Source of the DNA: a virus
Lineage: Duplodnaviria; Caudoviricetes
Virus record (IMG/VR): IMGVR_UViG_3300010398_000018
Location: 1-39,924 of that record
DNA: 39,924 nucleotides
Direction: 5' to 3' (one strand)
Shown here: positions 1 to 8,400 of the stretch, piece by piece
Numbering within the stretch: the stretch's first letter is position 1
Layout: every line of letters begins with the position of its first letter
Notes under the pieces: model-generated
Database searches by the model: none
Told to the model about the DNA's origin: nothing
Seen by the model: only the letters and a program-made list of their open reading frames with translations
Made by a program: the position numbers and the translations under genes

Positions 1-2
1 GT

Positions 3-878
3 TCCGTCAAGGAACTGAAGTCTGCCGACTGCGCCCAGTATGCCGCCTCGCGCCGGAAGGATATGAAGAAGGGCTGTGACGGTGGCTGCGCCATCGACAT
101 GGAACTGGGCACCCTGTCCGGCATCTTCACGTGGGCCATTCTCACGGGTGTGGGCAAGCTGGAGAGCAATCCTCTGGCTGCGATGGTGCGAAAGCCTTTC
201 CGTAACAAGAAGGCGATTAAACACTGCCGGGATTTCATGCCGCATTCAGCGCAGGATTTCTGGTCTATCGCCCGGGCACTGTTTGAAGACCCACAGACCG
301 TGCCCCTTGGCTGGCAGTGGCTGCTCGAAGGCATGACCGGGGGCAGGACCATCGAGATCACTGGCGACATCGAGCAGCCCGAATGTGGGCTGCGCTGGGA
401 TGCCAAGACCAAGGACTTTTCCGGGTTCAACGACGGACAGCACCTGTCGATGGTCCGGGCCAAGGGTGGCATCAATCCCTACGTGAAGGTGCACCCGATG
501 CTGGGCCGGACGTTGAAGGCGATGGAGCAGTGGCGCGTAACGGCTGGGTTCGACAAGAACCCTTGGTTCATTCCCAGCACCCGGGCTTCTGAGACTGGGC
601 ACATGCACAAGTCGAGCCTCGGTCATGCGCTGAAGCGCATCTCTGAGAAGCTGCTGGGCTATCAGGTGCGCAGCCACGGTGCCCGGGCATTCTTCGTGAC
701 CGTGTGCAGGGCGCAGGGCATTCCTGATGAACGCATCGCATGGATGATTGGCGACAAGACGGGTGCCAAAATGATCGTGGACACCTACGGGGAAATTCCA
801 CCGAACTGGAAAGGGGGACCGGAGCTTACTTGGGACACTGAGGAGCCAGCATGGGTAGTGCTGGGGATCCCGGCGTAA
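3..878 (+). CDS. int: Tyrosine recombinase/integrase (5'-truncated; frame open from position 3)
   Basis: Catalytic-type motifs: R in MTGGRTIE, HxxR in RSHGARAFF, WMIGD at the usual LGH box, Tyr in VDTYG. A tRNA-derived att core lies directly downstream. Confidence 0.85.
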   Translation, partial: SVKELKSADCAQYAASRRKDMKKGCDGGCAIDMELGTLSGIFTWAILTGVGKLESNPLAAMVRKPFRNKKAIKHCRDFMPHSAQDFWSIARALFEDPQTVPLGWQWLLEGMTGGRTIEITGDIEQPECGLRWDAKTKDFSGFNDGQHLSMVRAKGGINPYVKVHPMLGRTLKAMEQWRVTAGFDKNPWFIPSTRASETGHMHKSSLGHALKRISEKLLGYQVRSHGARAFFVTVCRAQGIPDERIAWMIGDKTGAKMIVDTYGEIPPNWKGGPELTWDTEEPAWVVLGIPA

Positions 879-901
879 GCCCCGATCCAAATCGAACACG
901 C

Positions 902-934
902 ACCCCGGAGCAGCCTCCGGGGTTTTTCATTTTT
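902..934 (+). terminator. Rho-independent terminator after integrase
   Basis: accccggag-cagc-ctccggggt hairpin followed by ttttcattttt. Confidence 0.8.
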
Positions 935-1171
935 ACAGATAAACCCGTCCCATCTGTAACCAGTTTGTAATTCACTTTGCACTTTTCTTCTAAACTGGTG
1001 GAGTCGAGCAGGATCGAACTGCCGACCTTCTCGTTGCGAATTAGCCCAAGCACAAACCCCAAAAAACCCCAAAAAGACCTTAAGACATTATCGGTATAGG
1101 GCTTTACGCCAAATTAGCCGGACAAAGCAGGACAAAAGAGGAAACGCTCCGTTTGTAAAGGGTTTGTAATT
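933..1171. repeat. Putative integrase arm-type sites flanking the att core
   Basis: GTTTGTAA at 963, 1151 and 1162; related TTACAGAT/ATCTGTAA inverted pair at 933/952. Confidence 0.55.
996..1040 (-). mobile_element. attP core = 3' half of tRNA-Ala(CGC)
   Basis: Minus strand reads TTCGCAA-CGAGAAGGTC-GGCAG-TTCGATC-CTGCT-CGACTCC-A-CCA (anticodon loop, T-arm, acceptor 3' strand, CCA). The 5' half of the tRNA is absent. Confidence 0.85.
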
Positions 1172-1190
1172 TACAGAAGCCAGACCAGCC

Positions 1191-1382
1191 TCATTTATGG
1201 GGTGCTTTGCGCACAGCTTGGCGTTTAAGAGGCTTTAAGCAGATTCCGGTCTTCAGACCAGCCATGACTCTGTCGGCCAGTTCTGAGACAGGCCGGGAGC
1301 CTTCAAACCTCCACCGCATGCCGTTCCGGTCTATGTGGGTGTATTGCCATCGGGTCTTCTTTCGGGTAGGCTTTTTCTTCAT
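1191..1382 (-). CDS. Small basic protein next to att (excisionase-like position)
   Basis: 63-aa Lys/Arg-rich ORF starting MKKKPTRKK. Function is inferred from position only. Confidence 0.35.
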   Translation of the reverse strand: MKKKPTRKKTRWQYTHIDRNGMRWRFEGSRPVSELADRVMAGLKTGICLKPLKRQAVRKAPHK

Positions 1383-1530
1383 GAGCACAATTCTTCTTGC
1401 AGCATACCTGCTGCTGGTTGGTGTTATGTCTCTAGTCAGCACCCAAATTCCCCAGTGGGTCGTGGGTGCCTTGGCTGTCGCTGCCGGACTTGCTCTGGGA
1501 GCAGCACAGCTATCTGGCAAGGCCAAGTGA
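1381..1530 (+). CDS. Small two-helix membrane protein
   Basis: MSTILLAAYLLLVGVMSLV...WVVGALAVAAGLALGAA: two hydrophobic segments and a basic C-terminus. Confidence 0.5.
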   Translation: MSTILLAAYLLLVGVMSLVSTQIPQWVVGALAVAAGLALGAAQLSGKAK

Positions 1531-1806
1531 CCTTGCCTTTCGGGACCATTCTTCGTCGGTTGGCGCATCCAGAAATCCGAATGCGGCGAAGACTTTTAAC
1601 TGCAGATCCCGGGCACCTCGGCAGGCAAGGTTTTTCTTACTCACCTGTTTCTTCAAATGCCCGGGACCAGTGGAGTGGCAGATAGGAGTCGCCTGCGTCA
1701 GTGCCCGTTCAACGAGCAAATCCTCAACAGGCAAGCCACCTTCCCGAAATGGGCAGGTGGCACACATCTTCTTCATGACCCCGGCGAGCTTGTAGGTCTT
1801 CTTCAC
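1510..1806 (-). CDS. Cys/His metal-binding hypothetical phage protein
   Basis: CATCPFR...ICH...CRGAR pattern; ATGA overlap with upstream gene. Confidence 0.7.
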   Translation of the reverse strand: MKKTYKLAGVMKKMCATCPFREGGLPVEDLLVERALTQATPICHSTGPGHLKKQVSKKNLACRGARDLQLKVFAAFGFLDAPTDEEWSRKARSLGLAR

Positions 1807-2042
1807 AGCCCCAGTTCATTCACCAGTTCACTCTGGGTGTATTCGTGGAAGCCCAGTTTGGGAATGTCCTCACCTTTGACCCCATGGAGCATGATGTAGT
1901 GCTTCTGGACCTTGAAGCAACGGTTACCAACCCAGACCCGAATGTAGGGTCCAAAGTTGGCGACCATTTTCTTGGCTGTGGCTTCTGCGTCCGGGGTGGA
2001 ATAGTGCAAGGGCTTTCCACAGTGGCACAATTCTTCGCTCAT
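1803..2042 (-). CDS. Hypothetical protein (MSEELCHCGKPLHY)
   Basis: ATGA coupling at both ends; start reassigned to the internal Met at 2042. Confidence 0.7.
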   Translation of the reverse strand: MSEELCHCGKPLHYSTPDAEATAKKMVANFGPYIRVWVGNRCFKVQKHYIMLHGVKGEDIPKLGFHEYTQSELVNELGL

Positions 2043-2398
2043 GCTTCTGCTCCTTCCCCATCCGGCGACACCTTTATGGGAGGCTTTTCGATCTGCGGGA
2101 TGATGTCCTTTTCGTAATCCTGTCGCAGCCGGGGGAGCATGGCAGCAATCACTTCTTCGTAGTGACTGCGTCCCTCTCGCCATGCGCGACGGAAGCCATC
2201 CCCTTTCTTGTAACCTGCCAGCGTCTTGGCCCGGGTGAGACGGTATTGAAACTGACCGTCACTGAGCCGGATGCTGTACTCCTTTCTAATGCAGTCGTTA
2301 TTTTTTCCCAATTCTGCCAGACAGCATGCTTCGATAGTTTCCTGATCGAGCAGCACGGTGCTGCGCCTTCCTGTTGTGCCTCTCTTTTTTGTTGTCAT
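2039..2398 (-). CDS. Hypothetical basic protein
   Basis: 119-aa ORF, translationally coupled to both neighbours. Confidence 0.7.
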   Translation of the reverse strand: MTTKKRGTTGRRSTVLLDQETIEACCLAELGKNNDCIRKEYSIRLSDGQFQYRLTRAKTLAGYKKGDGFRRAWREGRSHYEEVIAAMLPRLRQDYEKDIIPQIEKPPIKVSPDGEGAEA

Positions 2399-3546
2399 TC
2401 GTGTTGGCTGTGTCGTTTGGCTATGGTGTAAGCCTTGTTATGCATCAGTTGATTGTAGCCGCATTCAGGGCAGAATTTGACATGCTCCAGTTTGTTCTGG
2501 TGAGCAATGACAATGGCTTCCAATTGTTCCAAGGTGAATAGGTGACCAGCAACCGTGATCGCAACCTTCCCGTTTTGATCAACCGGGACTGCCTCGACAG
2601 GTTCCTGTGTTATTAACATCTGCTTTTTGGCGTGTTCCATTTCTTTGATCTTTCCTGCTTTGTTCCCCAAGTGGTGGTAAGGACCACCACCAGTGCGCAC
2701 CCGGGCAGCAAAACTTAAAAACAAACTGCGGGTTTCTTCTGAGTAGTTCAGTTCCTTGGCCCAGTCAGGGTGTTCACTAAAAGCCCAAGTCCAGTTGATC
2801 GACTTTCCTTTTTTCCCGGCGCGATAATTCCCTGACTCGAAAATGGCTTTGCACAAGTCGTATTGTTGTTTGCTCCAGTGCGTCCGTTTGCTTTTGTCAG
2901 GAATCCCTGCGGGTCTTCCGGGTCTGCTCACAGGGCGTGGTCCTTTCAGATCAGCATCGTCAGGAATCCTGCGGTGCTGTTTTCGCAGTTTGGCAATCTC
3001 AGTGTGACTGTGTTTGCCGTAGCGCATTTGATTGATGGCATCATAGAGAGTCTGCTTGGGTTCACCTCTTCCCATCAAAGTCTCTTTCCATTCCGGGTGC
3101 TGCTTCAGACACGACGCAATTCCGTTGTGTTCCATGCGACGGATCATGCCCGGATATTTGGCAATCATATCCAGTGCAGTAAGCCACCCTGCGGGTCTGC
3201 CTGCGTAGCGTTTTTCTATGTTCCGACCCAGCTTGTCAGTGCGCAGGCCGAGAGGGTTTGGTTTGAAGTCTCCTACTTCCTCCCCTGCCATGGCGCGTCG
3301 AGCCAGTTCTGAACGCATGGCTTTTCGATTGGCCGGATGGTTTTGAACCCGGGTGGCTTGCTTCTGTGTATTGTGCGAGTAGCGAACGTGACTGCCCAGT
3401 GCCTGCTGGTTTTTGAAATCGTCTCGACCACAGACGGTGCAGACGAATTTTTTACGGGTCACTAGGGTGGTGGTGGTATCTTGCATAGGTATCTTTTCGG
3501 TTGTGCCATTTAAGGCGTGGTTAACTATTTCGGCAATTTCTGTCAT
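2395..3546 (-). CDS. C2H2 zinc-finger / Zn-ribbon-containing putative DNA-binding protein
   Basis: FVCTVCGRDDFKNQQALGSHVRYSH (C2H2), C-terminal FCPECG, and an RPGRP AT-hook-like motif. Confidence 0.75.
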   Translation of the reverse strand: MTEIAEIVNHALNGTTEKIPMQDTTTTLVTRKKFVCTVCGRDDFKNQQALGSHVRYSHNTQKQATRVQNHPANRKAMRSELARRAMAGEEVGDFKPNPLGLRTDKLGRNIEKRYAGRPAGWLTALDMIAKYPGMIRRMEHNGIASCLKQHPEWKETLMGRGEPKQTLYDAINQMRYGKHSHTEIAKLRKQHRRIPDDADLKGPRPVSRPGRPAGIPDKSKRTHWSKQQYDLCKAIFESGNYRAGKKGKSINWTWAFSEHPDWAKELNYSEETRSLFLSFAARVRTGGGPYHHLGNKAGKIKEMEHAKKQMLITQEPVEAVPVDQNGKVAITVAGHLFTLEQLEAIVIAHQNKLEHVKFCPECGYNQLMHNKAYTIAKRHSQHE

Positions 3547-3575
3547 TGGTATTTTGGTTGTTGATTGTTTAAACG

Positions 3576-3612
3576 AAAAAACCCCCACACCGGGATGTCC
3601 CAGTGTGAGGGT
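3576..3612 (-). terminator. Rho-independent terminator (leftward transcript)
   Basis: Minus strand ACCCTCACACTGGGACATCCCGGTGTGGGGGT followed by TTTTT. Confidence 0.7.
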
Positions 3613-3618
3613 CTGCTT

Positions 3619-3771
3619 CTAACCGTAGTGCTTGTAAGTTTTCCGAGGCTTCACTTTCAGCTTCAGCGTTCTAATCTCAGCGCAGATTTCATCGATGCTG
3701 CGACGTTTCTTGATCCACTGCTGCCGGACAGGATCCCACGTTTTGCCTTCGATGTTTTCAGGCAGGTTCAT
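3619..3771 (-). CDS. Small basic hypothetical protein
   Basis: MNLPENIEGKTWDPVRQQW..., ends just before the terminator. Confidence 0.5.
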   Translation of the reverse strand: MNLPENIEGKTWDPVRQQWIKKRRSIDEICAEIRTLKLKVKPRKTYKHYG

Positions 3772-3913
3772 TGTCACCTCGTTTCCACAGCCACCGTGCC
3801 CCACAGAGGCACAGAAGACTGAAGCAGGCACTGGGCAGTATCACTGCGGTGACCAGTGCACCCAGAAGCACTGGGTAGTGATTGACCAGCAGACGGAACA
3901 TTTCAGTGCTCAT
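3758..3913 (-). CDS. Small membrane protein (51 aa, not in ORF track)
   Basis: Hand translation MSTEMFRLLVNHYPVLLGALVTAVILPSACFSLLCLCGARWLWKRGDNEPA*; ATGA overlap with 3910..4170. Confidence 0.55.
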   Translation of the reverse strand: MSTEMFRLLVNHYPVLLGALVTAVILPSACFSLLCLCGARWLWKRGDNEPA

Positions 3914-4170
3914 TCGCACAGCTTTCCGTCTTCAGGGTTGTAGATTTCGACGCAGTCTGTCAGCCTTTCGTCGTTGATAAAGAGGATGGGTTCAGTGCCG
4001 ACCTTCCAAGGCACCCGGGCAAACAGTGCCCAGACTGCACCAGAGTTTTCAATTTCCATCTCTGGATCATTCTCCTCCTTTTCCTGTCGTTTCTGCCTCT
4101 CGTCCACCTTCGCCATGCACTTGATGACTTCAGGATGTTCGTAGATTTTTGGATCCACTTTTTCACTCAT
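3910..4170 (-). CDS. Hypothetical acidic protein
   Basis: 86-aa ORF preceded by the shared AGAAAGGTCTA leader. Confidence 0.7.
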   Translation of the reverse strand: MSEKVDPKIYEHPEVIKCMAKVDERQKRQEKEENDPEMEIENSGAVWALFARVPWKVGTEPILFINDERLTDCVEIYNPEDGKLCE

Positions 4171-4351
4171 AACTAGACCTTTCTGTTGTTCATCCCTGCC
4201 CTAGCCAGTGCACGGTCTAAGGCATGACTGCCACCCGTATGCAACAGGCACCCGGGAATGCACCCGGACTAGGGCAGGGAAAGTATTTTTGTTTGATTGT
4301 TAGTAGTATTATTAGTTCGCACTGAGTAGGCAAGCCTGCTCTATGGGGTGT

Positions 4352-4546
4352 TCACCCTACTTCGAGCAAGCCCCGCTGCTTTTCAGGGGTGGTCACCGGG
4401 ACAATTGCCCACTCAGGCGCAGGGAATTTTTTCTCCATGATGGCAACCTGCAGTGCAGCTTCCTGCACAGTAGGGTAGTGGTAACCGTCCGGCTGGAACC
4501 ACTGCCCCCCATCCAATTCAGTCCAATACTTGATCATGTACTTCAT
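4352..4546 (-). CDS. Hypothetical protein
   Basis: 64-aa ORF preceded by the AGAAAGGTCT leader. Confidence 0.65.
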   Translation of the reverse strand: MKYMIKYWTELDGGQWFQPDGYHYPTVQEAALQVAIMEKKFPAPEWAIVPVTTPEKQRGLLEVG

Positions 4547-4629
4547 TTTTCAGACCTTTCTGTTTTTGCTAGGTTCATCCCAGCTTGCTACCCCGGGGTG
4601 CTGTAACACCCCGGGGCAGATAGCTATGA

Positions 4630-4911
4630 TCAAACTGTTTTGCCACAGGCTTTGCAGGTCATGTTCGCACTAAAAGCAATAACCATTTTGTCAGGCTGTG
4701 CTGCTTGTGGGGCAGGCCAGTTTTTCCACACTGGCACACTCTCACGGGGCAGCAGGATGCCCCTGCCGGACAGCCTGCCGCAGCACACAGTGCAATAGAA
4801 GTGTGCCCCAATTTCAAAACCCCGGAGGTCACCTGCCATCGGCCCGGGTTCTTTGGGGGCATGCTCCAGCCACTGCTTGACGTTGTCCGGGGTGAAGTCT
4901 TGAGCACTCAT
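4630..4911 (-). CDS. Hypothetical Zn-binding protein
   Basis: CTVC...CKACG pairs; coupled to upstream gene. Confidence 0.65.
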   Translation of the reverse strand: MSAQDFTPDNVKQWLEHAPKEPGPMAGDLRGFEIGAHFYCTVCCGRLSGRGILLPRESVPVWKNWPAPQAAQPDKMVIAFSANMTCKACGKTV

Positions 4912-5456
4912 AAATGATCCTCCGGGTAAAGTGCTACGTTGATCACGCCACGGATATGCGCCACCAGTGCAGCCTTGTCTTCAATGACATCAGCCGAACT
5001 GGTAGCACCCAACACCACCGAGCAGGCTTCCAGTGCCACAGTGCCCTGCTGTTGTTCGTGAGACAGCATGCGCCAAGCCTTGCCCCATTTAGCCTCTGCC
5101 CGTTTTCGGCATTGCTTGCCCAGTTGTTTGATGTGGGCTGTCAGTTTTTCCTGATGTTCCTTCTCTTCCGGGCTGTCACAGTCACAGGTGACAACATGCC
5201 CGTGCTTGTCACACCAGTGCGTGGGGCGTTTAGGATGGTCAGCAATCCTGCTATCCTGCGGCAGGTAGTCTTCAGTTTTGATCCAGTCTAGGATCCTGTG
5301 CTGTTCCTCTTTTCTAAAGTAGGCATCTGCCGGACCAGCCCACAGCATCAGTGCCTGCCTACGCTCCGGGGTGATACTGTGACAGTGCACCAGCAGTGCC
5401 CCGGCTTCAGCCGGGGTAAGGTCACGGACCATTTTGTCACGGGTTTGTGTACTCAT
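4908..5456 (-). CDS. Hypothetical protein
   Basis: 182-aa ORF with WCDKHG..TCDC motif; 4-nt overlaps on both sides. Confidence 0.7.
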   Translation of the reverse strand: MSTQTRDKMVRDLTPAEAGALLVHCHSITPERRQALMLWAGPADAYFRKEEQHRILDWIKTEDYLPQDSRIADHPKRPTHWCDKHGHVVTCDCDSPEEKEHQEKLTAHIKQLGKQCRKRAEAKWGKAWRMLSHEQQQGTVALEACSVVLGATSSADVIEDKAALVAHIRGVINVALYPEDHL

Positions 5457-5767
5457 AATGCAAAGGCCAGTTGTTCAGTATTGGAACGCGCAGCCCACAG
5501 GTGGGCACCCACCAAGGATTCCCAGCCAAGGTACCTGTGGGTAATGCCACCCCGGGCACCCAGTGTGGTGAATTCCGTAGGACGTTGCAGGAATGGCCCG
5601 AATTCGCTCTGTAGTGCGTTACAGGCTGCCGCAGGCGACTCTGCCACTATTTCCACCTGCAGGTTGTTTTCCCAGCACAGGCCGGACTGTTGCAGGTTGA
5701 CCGTATATCGGCTGTAGGTTTTACCCCGATATTTCCCCAGCTTGTGGGGCAGGATGTGTTTTCTCAT
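5453..5767 (-). CDS. Hypothetical protein (MRKHILPHK)
   Basis: Start reassigned to the Met after the AGAAAGGTCTA leader; a sigma70-like promoter lies just upstream. Confidence 0.65.
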   Translation of the reverse strand: MRKHILPHKLGKYRGKTYSRYTVNLQQSGLCWENNLQVEIVAESPAAACNALQSEFGPFLQRPTEFTTLGARGGITHRYLGWESLVGAHLWAARSNTEQLAFAL

Positions 5768-5803
5768 ATTTAGACCTTTCTGTCGTTTACTACCTAGTAT
5801 GAT

Positions 5804-5832
5804 AATGTATGACCCAGTGTAGAGAGGGTCAA
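5804..5832 (-). promoter_or_regulatory. Sigma70-like promoter
   Basis: TTGACC-N17-TACATT on the minus strand. Confidence 0.6.
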
Positions 5833-5892
5833 CTGCAGGCTTTAGTGCCCACAGGTGACAGCCCGAACACTTGCCCGGGCTGTGAACCGTGA

Positions 5893-6231
5893 TCACTTCT
5901 TTGCTTGCTTCCGTGCTTTGTTCCAATAGGGAGACTTGCAAGCAGGGCAAATGGTAGGGCTGTGCCCTACTAACGGAATCCATTTGTGATTGCAGCGCAG
6001 GCACTGCAGGCCGGGATTGCTCTTTTCGTCATACCGCATGACCCGCAGTTCAAAAACGTCCCCCGGGCAAATGGCCTGCTGGCTTAAGACAAGCCCATAC
6101 CCATTGACGCCCACTGCCATGGTATTGGCTTGCAAGTCAATTTTCAGATTCAATCCCAAAGGCGGATTGGAAAATTCACCCAGTGCAATGCCATTTGTCC
6201 TATCCCATAAAACTATTTTTAATTCGCTCAT
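5893..6231 (-). CDS. Hypothetical protein with C-terminal Zn ribbon
   Basis: CLRCNHKW...CPACKSPYWN Zn-ribbon motif. Confidence 0.7.
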   Translation of the reverse strand: MSELKIVLWDRTNGIALGEFSNPPLGLNLKIDLQANTMAVGVNGYGLVLSQQAICPGDVFELRVMRYDEKSNPGLQCLRCNHKWIPLVGHSPTICPACKSPYWNKARKQAKK

Positions 6232-6246
6232 AAATTAGACTTTGTT

Positions 6247-6480
6247 TTAATCCAAGTTGACCTGTGAACCGTGACCGTCGACGAAAATAAAATCATGAAA
6301 GGCTATGGTTTCCCCAGTGTAGAGGTTTTCCACCATTACCGCAGGCACACCAGCACAATTGATCCCCAAATGGGCGTTGATATATCGCTTTCCCCCAGTG
6401 TAGAGGTTGCGCGAATGAATGATCCCGTTTAACTGGTCGCATTGCCTCTGCAGAAGCTTTTGGATCCGTTTACTAATCAC
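6247..6480 (-). CDS. Hypothetical protein
   Basis: 77-aa ORF; GTGA overlap with upstream gene. Confidence 0.55.
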   Translation of the reverse strand: MISKRIQKLLQRQCDQLNGIIHSRNLYTGGKRYINAHLGINCAGVPAVMVENLYTGETIAFHDFIFVDGHGSQVNLD

Positions 6481-6707
6481 TTGGCACCTCCCCCAGTGCG
6501 AGGCTGCAGGCTGTTACAGGATACAAGCCCAATGAATTCCCCTGCGAGGCTTTGCACGTGGCAATGCCCCATAGTGTTAGCCCGTGGGCACCCGGGCAAG
6601 TTGACAACCCGGACTAGTTCCCCATTGGCTGGGGTGTAGCTTTCACGTAGGACAATGTCCCAAAAGCTGGCTTGGAATACATACACTGCATTGGCTTTCA
6701 CTCTCAT
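6477..6707 (-). CDS. Hypothetical small beta-rich (SH3-like?) protein
   Basis: VRVVNLPGCP..NTMGHCHV..FIGLV; preceded by the AAGGTCTAATT leader. Confidence 0.65.
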   Translation of the reverse strand: MRVKANAVYVFQASFWDIVLRESYTPANGELVRVVNLPGCPRANTMGHCHVQSLAGEFIGLVSCNSLQPRTGGGAK

Positions 6708-6789
6708 AATTAGACCTTGTTTTGATTGTTAAATGTGCACCCAGTGCGCACAGGTAAAGCCCGGGCACCTGCCCGGGTTTTAACTTTGC

Positions 6790-7161
6790 TCAGTAGGTCA
6801 CTTGCTTTGTTGGCTGCTTGCAGCCAGACCATCTGTCAGATTGAATTTGAAACAGCCTCTCCAGTTCCATGTGCACGGGGCTGTTTTCGTGCTTTGCAGA
6901 CCATGCATAGTCACAAACCAATTCGCCCGGGCTGTTACCATACACAAGGTAAAGCCCGAATTTTTCGCCACCCTTGGCAATGTAAAGCCTGCTTTCGTCA
7001 CAGGCTGTCAGGTTGTCAATGAATTCCCCCAGCTTGCTAGGGTCAAACTTGAATTGCTCCTCGCCATTATCCCCGGAGCGAATTTCAAAGCCTGCAGCCA
7101 GCAGGTATTCAAGCAAAGTTTTGGTTTCCGGTGTCCAGTCGTTTACTGTCTCAGTGCGCAT
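6790..7161 (-). CDS. Hypothetical protein
   Basis: 123-aa ORF with LVYGN..ELVCDY motif; preceded by the AAGGTCTAATT leader. Confidence 0.7.
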   Translation of the reverse strand: MRTETVNDWTPETKTLLEYLLAAGFEIRSGDNGEEQFKFDPSKLGEFIDNLTACDESRLYIAKGGEKFGLYLVYGNSPGELVCDYAWSAKHENSPVHMELERLFQIQSDRWSGCKQPTKQVTY

Positions 7162-7257
7162 ATAATTAGACCTTGTTTTGATTGTTTCGAGTGTGAGCCT
7201 TAATGGTCACAGGTGACAGCCCGGGTTTTGCCCGGGCTGTTAACCGTGAGCACTGGC

Positions 7258-8022
7258 TTAGGCTGTTGCCATCTGTCGACCGTGCTTTTCTCTGCTGTAA
7301 CCCTTAATCCCTGCAGCTTTCAATTCCTTCATTGCCTCTGCAGCCTCACTTCCTGCTGGCTGGGTGCCATGCAAGAGCAGTGCAAAGCTTTTCCCGGGCT
7401 GCTGTGCGTGCGAGTCATCATGATCAATTTCCAAGCCCAGTTTTTTGGCTTGCCTCTCATTGAATACCACCTGTGCGAACCTTAGCCCGTGCTTTTCGAT
7501 TAGGCTGTCATGCGTACCACCCCGGGAGGCTGTCAGAATCAAATTGCCCGGAATTGTGCTCTTATGTTTGACCCATAGGGGCAAGGCTTTGGTGTAGGCG
7601 TAGAAAGTCACCCCGGGATTATTCCGGGCAACCTCTAACCATGCCAGAAAGTAAACTTCATTGAAAAAATCCCCAGAGACATGGATTCTAATAAAGGGGT
7701 AACCCTCAGGCAAGTATGTTTCCAGCAGGGCTGCAATGGCTTTGACGGTCTTAGCCCGTTTGACTAATTCAAAATTTGTCCACCTGCTATTGCGCACAGA
7801 TTTATTCCACTCTGCAGAGGCTGCAAAGCAGCGGAATTGAGTATGCTTGCCATCCGTTACCTTGCCTGTGATACGGTCGGCCGATGACTTGCACAGCAGT
7901 GCAAATGGGCAAGTGTGCCCAGCAGGTAGGCTAAAGGTTGCAACCTCCTTGCCTAGTTTCGCATTTCCTTCCCCGAAGAATAACTCGGATCCAATTTCGA
8001 TTTGATTGTCATTAGCTATCAT
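7258..8022 (-). CDS. Phage Gp88-like protein (radical-SAM-like fold inferred)
   Basis: GNAKL..FSLPAGHTCP..C..CFA..RIHVSGDFF..FYAYTK..NL.L.AS signature recognised from Gp88-family proteins; start at MIANDNQ. Confidence 0.75.
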   Translation of the reverse strand: MIANDNQIEIGSELFFGEGNAKLGKEVATFSLPAGHTCPFALLCKSSADRITGKVTDGKHTQFRCFAASAEWNKSVRNSRWTNFELVKRAKTVKAIAALLETYLPEGYPFIRIHVSGDFFNEVYFLAWLEVARNNPGVTFYAYTKALPLWVKHKSTIPGNLILTASRGGTHDSLIEKHGLRFAQVVFNERQAKKLGLEIDHDDSHAQQPGKSFALLLHGTQPAGSEAAEAMKELKAAGIKGYSREKHGRQMATA

Positions 8023-8385
8023 GTGAACCTTTGAAGCCCGGGCACCTGTTACAGCAGGCTGTGCATTGTTTTGAAGTGAACCTTTGAGCAGTGCACTTGC
8101 CCGGGCTTTTTTCTGCTCAAAGGGAATTGTTAAACCTAACCTTGCACCCCAGTGCAAAGCTAGGGTTAACAGCCTGCTTGAATGTCAAAGGGCAGGCTAT
8201 GAACCGTGACCATCGGTCACCCTTGCACTTTCGCGTACGCCCCGAGCTATCCCGGGTTGCCAGTTTTTAACTGGGCACTGCGTGACTTTTTCTGGGTGCC
8301 ATGCCACCCCGTAGGGAGCAAAACCACTCGCTAACAAGGTAGCACGTGCAAGTGATACGTGCAATCCGTACTTATACGGATATGA

Positions 8386-8400
8386 TATGATAGTATCACA
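8386..8400. promoter_or_regulatory. Palindromic operator copy 1
   Basis: TATGATAGTATCACA; matches consensus TRTGAT-N3-ATCAYA. Confidence 0.65.

Noticed and set aside
996-1075. Complete tRNA-Ala gene
   Set aside because: Only the anticodon loop through CCA is present; no D-arm or 5' acceptor strand. Treated as an att core.
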